Positions 41,119 to 52,035 of a DNA stretch of 64,000 nt are shown here, piece by piece. The stretch covers positions 10,726,001-10,790,000 of the forward strand of contig JBHGNT010000021.1 in assembly GCA_043228905.1 (NCBI GenBank), given 5' to 3'. A model generated the notes under the pieces. It was not told the DNA's origin. It worked only from the letters and a program-made list of their open reading frames with translations, and ran no database searches. The first letter of the stretch is position 1; each line of letters opens with the position of its first letter. The DNA comes from Azolla caroliniana. Its lineage: Eukaryota; Plantae; Polypodiophyta. The translations under genes and the position numbers were made by a program.

Positions 41119-41251
41119 GGAAGACCTCATCATATTTCACTCACCAGAGCGTACAGAGCGTACAGAGCACTCAGAGCACACAGAGCACACAGAGCACTCA
41201 AGGCACAAAGCACGAAAGCGCGATCTCCGCCTCCACACAACACGATCAACC

Positions 41252-44200
41252 ATGTCTTCCAAGAGAGTCGAGCGCGAGGAGTCCAGGTAGGCCTCTGACA
41301 CTGTGGACATTTTTGTAAATATGTTTCGTTTCCCAAGAACTCGATACGGCGTATCGAGTTCATGTATACAATACAAATATTTATACACGAACTCGATACA
41401 GCGTATCGAGTTCGTGTGTAAATATTTGTATTGTATACATGAACTCGATACGCCGTATCGAGTTCGTGTTTAAAGTATAGGTTTTAAACATGAACTCGAT
41501 ACGGCGTATCGAGTTCGTGTTCATAGTGTAGGTTTTAAACACGAACTCGATACGCCGTATCGAGTTCGTGTTTATCGAGTTCATGTTTAAAGTTTGAATT
41601 TTAAACATGAACTCGATACGCCGTATCGAGTTCGTGTTTAAAACCTATACTTTAAACACGAACTCGATACGGCGTATCGAGTTCGTGTTTAAAGTGTAGC
41701 CTTTGAGAGAGAAAAATCGTTTACGGGGTGGAAATGTTATCAAATTGTCTGTCAAAATCAGTCTTTTTATGTTGAGTTTACTTACTTCTAAACAAATACA
41801 TGCTCTAATTATAAGTGTTTTTTGACCTACTTTAGCTTAAAATAGTAGAAAATGATCTACAAATTGCATTCACTATGGCAAATTCTCATCAATATAGGTT
41901 TAGAATCTATATAAGTCATACCTACTATTTAAAAGAATATATAACCCGTTTTACTTATTACGATATATATTTTCTAGGTTGAATAGCCCTGCCTAGAATA
42001 GATTTTTGAATATGTTACTGCTCCTAGAAACTGTTCTTCATTATAATAATAACTTCAATCTACGTAACTGTCTAACTTATGTTTTTGCATATACTTTCTT
42101 AAATAGGTCGTTTGAGAATCTGTCAGACCGACCCGTGAAGAAAATTAAGCTTCGCATACAAGGTTCTCCAATCGAAGCCCAGACCAAGGTAACTCCGGAG
42201 ACCATGAAGAGAGGAAAAAAGCTTCTCTTTAACGAAGAGACAAAATCTCAGCCCCATAGTGATGTAAGCCAAAAGAAAATTGTCGCCGCTACTGGAGGCG
42301 AAGACCTTCCTGACCGAGATCTAATGGACAAGGAATGGTGTATGCAATATGTCGACTCAAAGAAAAAAGTCGTATTGTATACAGCAAAGAAGAAGGGTGA
42401 GGGGCAGCTAGGAAAAGAAACTCCATTTATGTATGGCCGAATTCTACGATTTGACTACGAAGATGCAGATTCGGCCAACATACTGGTAATGATAGAGTGC
42501 TCCAAGGGGGTACGCAAAGTGTTCCTTTCAGAAGATCTTTTAGTAAAGGAATCTTGTGGGCCTGAAGTGTTCAAAAAAGCACTTGATAACTCACAAAACC
42601 TGATTGTTACCTTGAGGCCTTATATACAAGGCCATGTAACTCTACGAGATGAAGAGCCCTCCCACTTGAAGGCCACTAAAAAGGTATCCAAAGTCCAGTC
42701 AAGACCAGCCAAGAAGAAGACAACGAAAATGTCGGATACGGATTCGACAAGTGAAAATGAAGAAGAGGATAATAAGGGGACGCCAGGAGCCGAGCTGGCC
42801 TCGGGTGTTTTGTCATCCGAGCAGAATAAAATAAGAAGAGAGTTAATGCAACGGAAGCTGGTCAGGAAAGGGCAAGTATTTAATTTGCCTATAACACACA
42901 TCCATCGGCCCCCTATTGATGAAAAAACAGGTCGAAGACCACTTGAGATTAGAGAGCCTCATCGCATGCATGTTCAAAATCTCAAGAAAAAAATGAAAAT
43001 TAATCCTCATGCCACAGTGGTGCCTTTTATTGTTATGGTGGATCCTGAAGAATGTGAAACCATTGAAGATTTTGATATCAGAAAGCATGATCAATATAAT
43101 TATTTTGTCATTGGTGGATCGCATTCAGCAGAGGCACGTCGACAACTTGTAAGAGAACATCCAACCACTTTCTTCTTCAAGTATGCCGAGTGCAAAATAT
43201 ATGTTGGGCTCACAACCGAAGAGGCTAAGCTGTTGGCATGGGACCATAATAATGATAATGACTATAGGCAGAAAATGTCGTCTATTGAGCGTATCCGGTT
43301 CTTCCACCACGAGTATTTAGATGTGAAACAAAAGTTTGGTGTGAAGTTACATCCAGGCCTTCGACGTCAATGTCTGCATGAAGTCGGCATTGTGGTAGAT
43401 GATAATGTTAGGTCCGATGGTCTTCGAAAGTATGAATCTTGGTTTCAATTGGCGTTTAGAGATGGAGAAGTATGGGACCTCCAAGATCAAATCTTCTCAA
43501 TGTGGGAGAATAAGGAGGTAAAGGGTCAACGACAAAAGAAATGTAGGGTTGACCCTCAACTAGAATTAAAGTCACAAGCCGCCAAGAAAATTGACTTGAC
43601 AATTGAAGAAGCGGCAGACGACATGAAGCTGTCTCTATGGAGAGCGATGCAAGGTATTAAGGACGAGCAGCTTCTTGTGTCCGTTTTGTCAAGGGTTGTG
43701 GCGAAAGATTTAAGCCTTGAAGAAATGGTCACCGAGTTCAATAAGTAAGTCTTTCAAATACTGAAATTGTAGTCTATCTGGTGTAATTCAAAGTTCTAAT
43801 CTTGATTTCTAATTTTACAGTCATAAGGTGTACATGAAGATCCAAGAAGTAATGATGAAACAACTTGGATGTATAACTTGGGAACAAGTGACCGAGGATT
43901 ATCCTCTAACGTCTTCGTATAAGGCGTTATCAGAGTATTTTATTGCATTCAAGGATTGGGTTAGTATTGATATTTTTTCATTACCCTTTCATCATATGTA
44001 GAGGTTGTATAATAATACTTGATGTCCTATTGCTTCTATTAGAAACCGTGTCGAGGCAAGAAACAAGGAGAAGTTAAGGATATACACGATTTCCCTACAT
44101 CCTTCCTTGCACATCTCGAGCGAGCCAGAAAAGAAAAGGATCGTCGCTTAGTCAAGGCGTACGAAATGGAGGAAGATGGCTCGTTTAAAAAATTTAGCCA

Positions 44201-45330
44201 CAAGAAAGATATTACGAGAGATCTTTACTACGATGTGGTTTGCGGTGATGTCATCGACTTGATCCAGAAGGTGCCAAAGAAGGAATATACGCTAATGATT
44301 GCGGATATTCCTTACGGATTTCGAATGGCTGGGTCATCATACGACGATGAACCGTTTAGGTTTAAACAATTGGAGAAGATGGTCAAGGATTTCGCTGAGC
44401 TAACGACCGCATCCTTGTGGCGAATAGTTGTCTTTCATAGTATGGACCAAGGGTACTCGGTAGCTCAAGCTTTGAGATCTCGTTGCCATGGCATCGAGAA
44501 CCTTGCATGGTAAGGATTATTTATAGGTGTCTTTCATTATATTGCAATTCTTAAGGTTGTTGAATCTATTTTTAACTCGATGAATTATTTTTTATAGGAT
44601 CAAGACCAATGTAAATAGAGGGCCAACTTTTCAGTTCGTTAATGCCATTGAGTACATAACGGTTGGCTACTTCGATGAAATTAAAAAACAGAGAATCAAA
44701 GAGCATTCTAATGAAGTGGGAGGTTCAAATCTGTTGGTATATCCAGCAGTGACTCGGAAATTGCAACATGTCACCACGACAGAACGGGGACTTGTCAACC
44801 CATACCAAAAACCTCAACGACTTATGATGCGCTTGATCGAGATGTTTTCCGTCGAAGGAGACTGGATATTAGATCTCTTTTCTGGCACAGGTATTCCTCG
44901 AACTAGGGTAACGATCTTGAGATAACCAATCACTTTTTTCGTTTGACAACTAAATCTTCTTGTTACTTACATCATAGGAACTACGTCAGCATGTGCATTG
45001 AAGCTGTTTAGGAATACAGTTGCATTGGAGAAGGACGAGGACCAAGTTATATTTATTAATATGCGAATTAAGGCTTTGTGGGAGTGCCCAGACCAGGATG
45101 AGGAGGTCGGTGCAAAGAACCTCGCCAATACAGAAAGGTTTCAACCCGCTTCGCGAGAGCCTATTCCTCCGTTAGCCGGCGAACCGGGAGAGCTAATAGA
45201 GCTTGATGATGAGCTTATAGAAGATATTTCGTTGGCCCGGCTAACAGGGGAAACCAATGCACGTATAGCCGAAGACAGTTCTACACAAGATGATGAAGAA
45301 AATGACGTAGATGAATTGATTGCTATGTAA
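41252..45330 (+). CDS. ParB/Srx-like domain fused to a beta-class N6-adenine/N4-cytosine DNA methyltransferase; six exons, about 974 aa
   Basis: Exons 41252-41286, 42107-43744, 43821-43959, 44043-44509, 44598-44890 and 44978-45330 join through five GT-AG introns into one stop-free frame (2925 nt). ParB-like motifs: PFIVMVDP...YFVIGGSHSAEARRQL...IYVGLTTEEAKLLAWDHN. MTase motifs: CGDVIDLI, LMIADIPY (IV), WIKTN...EYI, PYQKPQRLMMRLIEMFS..GDWILDLFSGTGTT (I), ALEKD. Confidence 0.88.
41337..41690. repeat. Array of seven 25-bp palindromes GAACTCGATACG(G/C)CGTATCGAGTTC in intron 1 of the methyltransferase gene
   Basis: Cores start at 41337, 41389, 41441, 41492, 41543, 41609 and 41660, with a half copy near 41573. 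Arms extend to AAACACG...CGTGTTT. Confidence 0.95.
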
Positions 45331-46341
45331 TAGACTCTATAAAGAATATGACACTGACGATTTGTTAAGATTTCACATTATTAATACAAATTTTGGGTTT
45401 TACCTAGTGGATTCTATTCTTTATAATCATCTATATGTTTCAATTTTATTTTTATATACCTCATTAGTAGATTTATGATATTGGTTTCACCGCGTGCATA
45501 GCTGACTACCAAACTTATGGAGAAACATGAACTAGCTTAAATGGAGGCTGATTTTGGTCCAAGCTAACCTTAACAGAACATGGCCCTATAATTATTGCCA
45601 TGACTGTCCATGTTGTTATTATGGATCTTTGTCTTATATTGTTAAAACTATTATGTTTCTATTCCATTGCTGCTTAGATTGTGTAGTGTGTTGATAATGG
45701 TTCCAGTTGCGTTATCGTTCGGAGTTTGATCTTGTGTGAATCACCTAAGCAATAGAGTAGATCAATTTTAAATACAGGTATGAAAGCCTAATAGGTTTGT
45801 TATTTCCACGACATTATCCTAAAGTTCACTGCCTTACATTGTGCACAATTATATACACATATGGTTTGATCCCATATGAACAAACTGAGGAATAGATTAG
45901 ATCAACTTTTAATATAAGTATTGAATACTTTAATAAGTTAGTTATTCCAATCACTTATCCTAATGTGCACTATCCTACATTTTCGACAATTACATACATG
46001 CACGTATGGGTCAAAGTATAAATTATATCTCATTTTATTAGTATGGATACAAGTACACCTCATAATTTTGTAAAACCTACCTAATTAATATAAGTCTTTA
46101 AGTTAGTGTTTCCCTTGTCGCACAATAGTGCCATATTGAGCCATAGTTGAACTTTATTTAGATACATTAACTTATCAACATGTCTAAACTTGCATGATTT
46201 CTAATGATCTCCACTCGTAGATCTATCATGTATTTTTATATTTGCAAATTCTTATCAAGTTGAGGAACATGTGATACTAGTGCATCCAATTATTGTAGAG
46301 AGGGTGTATTTGCTTCGTTTTAAGAAGATTCTACAAGTGGA

Positions 46342-46377
46342 ATGCGCAATCCTTCCACTTGTGAACGCGAACGTGTT
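46342..46377 (-). repeat. Right terminal inverted repeat
   Basis: ATGCGCAATCCTTCCACTTGTGAACGCGAACGTGTT is the reverse complement of the left TIR with one CpG transition. Confidence 0.95.
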
Positions 46378-46723
46378 GAAACCAGATTGTGGGATTTGAC
46401 GTAAAAGACACTATCCCACGGGCGTGCCATGTGTTAACCGGTTGGCAAGGAAAGTCCAAAATGGAAGAAGGGGATAATTAATAACCAGGAACTGATTATA
46501 TATATATAGAATTATTATGATTTGAGAAGTGAACGGACGGACCCAGAATCGGTATGCCGATCCGGATCCGAACCAGTTCGTAACTGGTTGTCGGTTGACA
46601 CTGGTTTGTACCTAGAGCGGGAGACCTATAAAAAGGCCCGATGAGATTGTAATCTTTAGCGGATAATTAATAAGAGTGTTGTTGTTCTGTATCTTAATCA
46701 AGTTAATTGTCGTTCTGTGCTAA

Positions 46724-49700
46724 GGGTCTGCTTGATGAAGTCTATTGCAACAATTCTTTGTTTGTTTTTTGCAATTGTTCTTCTGTCTGTCGAAGTCGTT
46801 CCGACAACTGCTAGTTTTCGGCTTGCTTACTTGTGCATTGAGCATTCAAAATTTCCCATGATGCCGTTGCCTTTTTATACAAATCAGCCATATCCTTGGC
46901 TGCTTGGCTTGCCTTTACATATTCTCTATGTACCTCTACCAGAGCCTCATGCAATGGTGGCATCTGGATGGCTTCTCCCTTATTTTTCGCATTCCGCTGT
47001 CAGCTAATCTGATCGACCTCTTGCTGCTCCTACGGCTCAACAACTCCAATTAATGATTTCTGGATCATTATCTGATCCCGGTGCTCCTGTGCCACTCTCT
47101 CCGACACCTCCTATAATCTACGGGCCAACCACTCTACTAATTCATAAGAACTGCTGAATTGTAGAATGGCGGCAAGTTCATGTGATACTGGAGGGATGTT
47201 GCAGAATGCAGTTGCTTCCCGCACCGTTGTTACCGACGACTGCCCTTTCTGCGTGGCTTGCTCCTCTGTTCTCCGCTTTTTCTATGTAGGTTCCTCTTGT
47301 TGAGCCTGCAGAAAGCGTCGAGCCCTTTTCTTTACCCGACTTTGTCGTTGCATTAGTTGGTCAAGTTCAACAGGTGTCGATTCTTGATTAGGTTGGGGTG
47401 GTTGTGGGACAGGTACGGAGTCGGGTTGGGGATTTTGTGTCGACTCCGGAATAGGTGAGGGTACCAGTTGTTGTTGTTCGGGTTCAGGTTGAGTGATATC
47501 GACCTGCGTTGATTCTGCTTCCTGCCACTCCTCACGTTGTACTTGTCATCGGGGTCAGGAAGCTAGTTGTGGCCGTAGTAGCCTCTGTTCTTCTGGTCGG
47601 ATTTCCGATCTCTGTGTCAGAAAAAGCACCGACAACTAGTGAGCAAAGATCGGCTTCATTGGTTTCCCAGTTTGCACCCCATACAGTTGTTCCCACAGAG
47701 CTTCTGCCGACAGCAACCCCCAGTCAAAAACTTTGCCCTTGTACGTGGCAATTATGAAGCTGACTCTCTTTTTGGGCATGCAGTAAAATCGGGGACTAAC
47801 AAATCCCACTTCTAACAAAAATTTGGCTACTTCATGAAAAAAGTTGTCCTCCCCTCCCTGTGTTTGAAAAGCTTTGGCCGAGGAGAATATTCTCCGAAAT
47901 ACGACCTGAGCATGTCCTTGTCCATTTTTTGGACAACATGAAAGCCTTCTCGTTTTAATTCCAATACTCGGCGTACCTGTTTGTTCGTAATTTTGGAGAC
48001 ATTGATCTGCTGCAGAAGTTCTACAGCATGAGGGTGGGGCTCTGCCTCTGCAACCTTGATGAAACCCTGCAGATTCTTGTTCACGAGCCACTTGCGCAAG
48101 TTATCGGAAACAAGGATTGGCATTATTTCGTCTTCGAGAGAAAGGTCGGAGTTCTGTAGTGAAAGCGAAGAAAGCTTTAGGTATGGCGAGGAAGGGCAGA
48201 AAACTTTTTAGCACGAATACACTTTTGTCTTTGTAGTGACAAAAGATGAAGAAATAGGTTTTATGGAAATGAAGTGTTGCATGATACCTAGGGAATAGAG
48301 AAAGCTACTATTAATGTAAGTAATAGTCCAGAAATAATAATAATGGCTCCACTACTCTTTTAATGTGTGCATGTATTATTACCACTAGTTTACTTATAGT
48401 GTGACAAAGACTTTCCCAAGATTTCCTTTTCTGACAATTAGTTACTTTTTTTGCCAAGATAATAATTAGTTAGTTACTATTATTTATTTATTTATTTATT
48501 TGTGTGTGACGTCTACCATGTCACGTTGCGGAGAATGTAGCCTAAAAGGGGTTCTCCGGTATTGACCCGTGATAGGGTTTATGCCGAAAACCATTTACCC
48601 ATTTCGGTAGAATGTCATCGGACAGTGTTCCGACTTGATACGTACCATTTTTGCTAATAATAATCCAGAATGGTCCTGTCCATTGAAATCGAAGCTTCCT
48701 AGGCATAGACCCCATTTTTGTTTGAGACACTAACACCGATCTTTTGATTGGGAATTGTTTCTCTGCATGTCGACGGTGACGATCCACAAATGCTTTCGTT
48801 TGTCGTTGCTTCCGCTCTAAATCTATCATAGCCTGTATCCGACTTTCCTCTAGTAGCAGTAATCCTTCTTTCCGAATTTGTTCCGACTGTAGCTCATCTA
48901 ACCTTTCTGTTGCTTGAATTCGGAGTGTCGGAACTTGAAACTCTATTGGCATTACGACATCTAAACCAAATGCCATGCGAAAAGGAGTCGATTTGATAGA
49001 AGTCTTATATGAAGTCCTATATGCCCATAAGGCACTATTCAGTTTCTGATCCCAATCTGTACGATTTTCATTAACTATTTTCTTGAGTATCATTTGCAAT
49101 GTTTTATTTGTCAACTCCACTAGCCCATTTGCTTGAGGGTAATAAGGAATACTTTTCTTCTGAACCACTGCATAATATTTATATCATTCATGTACAATTT
49201 TATTAATTAAATGTGTACCTTGATCACTTACCAATTCAATTGGACACCCATACCGGCACCATATACTTTCGTATAGAAATTTTGTTGTCGATGCTGCCAT
49301 GTTATCCCGTAAGGGTTTAGCCTCTACCCACTTAATGCAGTAATCAATGGCTACTATGATGTATCGATTCCTTGTTTGAATCGTTGCTGGTTTAAATGGG
49401 CCGACAAAGTCTAATCCCCATTTCTGGAATGGTTCCAAAGGCAAGATAGGTTGAAATGGCATCCTGTCTTTTTCGGTAGGTTGACCCATTCTCTAACATA
49501 AATCGCATTTCCAACAATATTCGACTGCATCTTTCATAACTGTTGGCCACCATAACCCACTGTTCCAAATTTTCCGAGTAGTAGTTTCGTCGGCGTAGTG
49601 CCTTTTCGCTAGACCATAGTGAGATTCTCGAAGATTTATCTCTTTCTCAAATTGTCGTACTGCTGGTCGCCAAATTCCATCAGCTCCTTTATGGTGCATG

Positions 49701-52035
49701 GTGTCATTTAAAAGACAAAAATTCTAGTTGCGAACCACTAACCGTTTTCTTTCGTTTGTTGATAGATGCTCGGGTGGTAACCTTGTCGTAAGAAAAATTG
49801 TCATTTCTGTAATCCAAGCATCCTCGATCTCATTTATTTCTTGCACTCGTATCGTTCCTACTCGAAAGAGTTGGCCATCCAGAAAATCATCTTTAACTCC
49901 TGTGCCCTCTTCTCCCAACTCTAAGCGGCTAAGGTAATCTGCGACGGCATGTTGCACTCCTGGCCTATGTAGAATGTCGAATTCAAATTCCTAAAGTAAT
50001 AGTGTCCAACGTGCTAGTTTGCCGGTTAATTCTTGTTTGGATACCAAATATAGAAAAGCAGAGTGATCCACATGGAATGTAAATTTCTTCCCCAAAAGGT
50101 AGTGTCGAAATTTGTTGATATTGTAAATCATTCCCAAAGCTTCCCTTTCAGTTATTGAATAATTCCTTTCTACTGTGGATAGTTTCTTACTGGCGTAGTA
50201 AACTGGTCGGTACCAGCTTGTTTCGGATTACTGCATTAGTGCGCTTCTGATTGCTACCTAAGATGCATCGACGAACACATGAAATGGTTTGTTCCAATCA
50301 GGCGGTTGGACCACCGGAACTTTAGAAAGCATTTCCCTTAGGCAGTCGTAGGCATCCTGCTCCACACTCATACATTGGAAAGGTGTTTTATGAACTGCCA
50401 TATGTAAGGGAATGGCAACATCAGCAAGATATCTTATCATTCTACTATGCCATCTAATTTTCCCTAAAAATCTACTAAGGATCTTAGAGTTGGTTGGTGC
50501 TGGTGCATCTAATATAGCTTTGACCTTGTTTGGGTCAAGTGCAATTCCTTCTTGACTAACAATGTGTCCTAATAATGCTCCACTTGTAACTCTGAACACG
50601 CACTTTGCCGGATTCAAGCTAAGTCGACCTTTCCGACATCATTCCAAACACAAGTGCAAATGTTCAATTGTAGACAACAAAATCATCTAGGAAAACTTGC
50701 CTGAATGCTGGAATGTACTCAACAAAAATTCCCTGTATGACTCTTTGAAATGTGGTTGGGGTTGTTTTTAACCCGAACATCATTACGACCGCCACAAATA
50801 CCCCCCATTCGGTGACAAAGGCTGTCTTTTCTTGATCATCCGGATGCATTCTTACCCGATTATACCCGCTAAAGCCATCTAGAAAATTGTACATTTCGTG
50901 ACCAACCACTACATCCAATATACCGTCCGTAAACGGTAATGGAAATGCATCCGTTATTGTTGCTGCATTAAGTTTCTGATAGTCGACACATGCCCGAATC
51001 TTTCCATTCTTTTTCGATACGACTACAATTGGGCTCAACCATGTAGCTTTTTTCACAGGACAAATAAACCCTACCCTAAGTAGTTTATCTATTTCTTCTT
51101 TGACCTTAATTGCATAATTAGGATTCAGACGATACCTGCGTTGTTGAACCGGCTTCGCATCTTTATGCAGATTAATTTGGTGTCGACAGAAATCTGGGTC
51201 CAACCCTTTCATGTCTTCGAAGGACCAGGCGAACACATCCTTATATTGTTTGAGTAAGATGATTAATCATTGCTTGTCACCTAACAACATGTCCTTGGCG
51301 ATCAGTATTGATTTTGGTTCAAGTGTGTTATCTTCCCCAGCTAAATTTATCTCCTCTAATGCCGATGCTTGAAGTCGTTGAGATACTTTCATTTCTTTTT
51401 CAGTAGTCTCCTGCTGAAGGCAGATTTCTTTCATTGTTTGATCATCAAGTGGTAAGTCATCTTGTGGATCAACATATGATGTAAGAGCTTGTAATATGTC
51501 CAACTCGAACAAGGGAATAATTTTTGGGTTATCATTAAAATAATTATTCTCCTCCACTTCATCCAATCCTTCCATCATATTAACTGCCTTAGCATGAACC
51601 GACAGACATTGCCTACTTGTAGTAATCTTATTTGAGGTGGATACCTGAATTTTATTTTTTCCTTTTCAGAATGTTAATAAATTCTGATTTCAAAATTTTG
51701 CTTAATATTGGCAGTCTTTAACAATGGCCACCCTAATAGCAAAGGATATGCTCTAGGAGCCTCCAAATGAAGCACTACTATTGATATTTGAAAAGTGTGA
51801 CCAACTAAAATGACATCTAATTGCCTAATTAATCCGATCGGTCGCACCGTACTAGTATCGACGATTCTTAACCAGAATGGACATGCTTCCCATTTAGTGA
51901 TACCAAGCTTGTCACAAGTAGTTTTATTAATTACATATACTCCTGACCCACCATCTACAATAGCGCCATCTATTTCTGGGCCATGGATTATCACTCTTAT
52001 TGATGGATTCTGCTCATCCAAATTGCGTTCTCCGT
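46724..52035 (-). mobile_element. Truncated non-chromoviral Gypsy element (PR-RT-RH-INT 52035 to 48542; extra ORF from 48123), same lineage as the 18700 element
   Basis: AIVDGGSGV, WLSPIVVVSKKNGKIRACVDY, VFLDDF, FVDAS, KWGLDFVGP, YYPQANGLVE. Downstream ORF is homologous to the one at 23245. No LTR found in the window. Confidence 0.9.

Larger units (their letters stand above)
37327..46377. mobile_element. 9.05-kb cut-and-paste DNA transposon (Sola-like) carrying a transposase and a ParB-like/DNA methyltransferase gene
   Basis: 36-bp TIRs (35/36 identical), 4-bp TSD GAAA (37323-37326 and 46378-46381), inserted just upstream of the host Gypsy 3' LTR, with two divergent genes inside. Confidence 0.93.
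18700..46723 (+). mobile_element. Non-chromoviral Gypsy element hosting three nested insertions (5' LTR 18700-19173; 3' LTR 46432 to about 46723, truncated)
   Basis: Matching LTR sequence TGTTAACC...AAGGAAAGTCCA.AATGGAAGAAGGGGATAATTAATAACC at both ends. The 5' LTR ends in GATAACA, followed by PBS-like TGGCGACCAC. pol and an extra ORF lie inside. Confidence 0.9.

Noticed and set aside
41337-41690. CRISPR array (palindromic repeats with short spacers)
   Set aside because: Spacers are copies or reverse complements of each other rather than unique, repeat orientation flips, there are no cas genes, and the context is a spliceosomal intron.
42006-42106. N-terminus of the 580-aa ORF as given in the track (MNMLLLL...)
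   Set aside because: This is AT-rich intron sequence ending in a good acceptor at 42106; the upstream exon 41252-41286 joins in phase.
41252-45330. Bacterial or phage contamination as the source of the methylase
   Set aside because: The gene has five in-phase GT-AG introns and lies inside a TIR/TSD-bounded element nested in a plant retrotransposon.
45724-46003. Diverged tandem duplication of about 140 bp in the transposon's right arm
   Set aside because: It is real but old and non-coding, with no feature suggesting function.
46721-46740. TAA|GGG junction as a PIF/Harbinger terminus
   Set aside because: No matching inverted end was seen, and the downstream sequence appears continuous with the minus-strand Gypsy extra ORF; a deletion junction is simpler.
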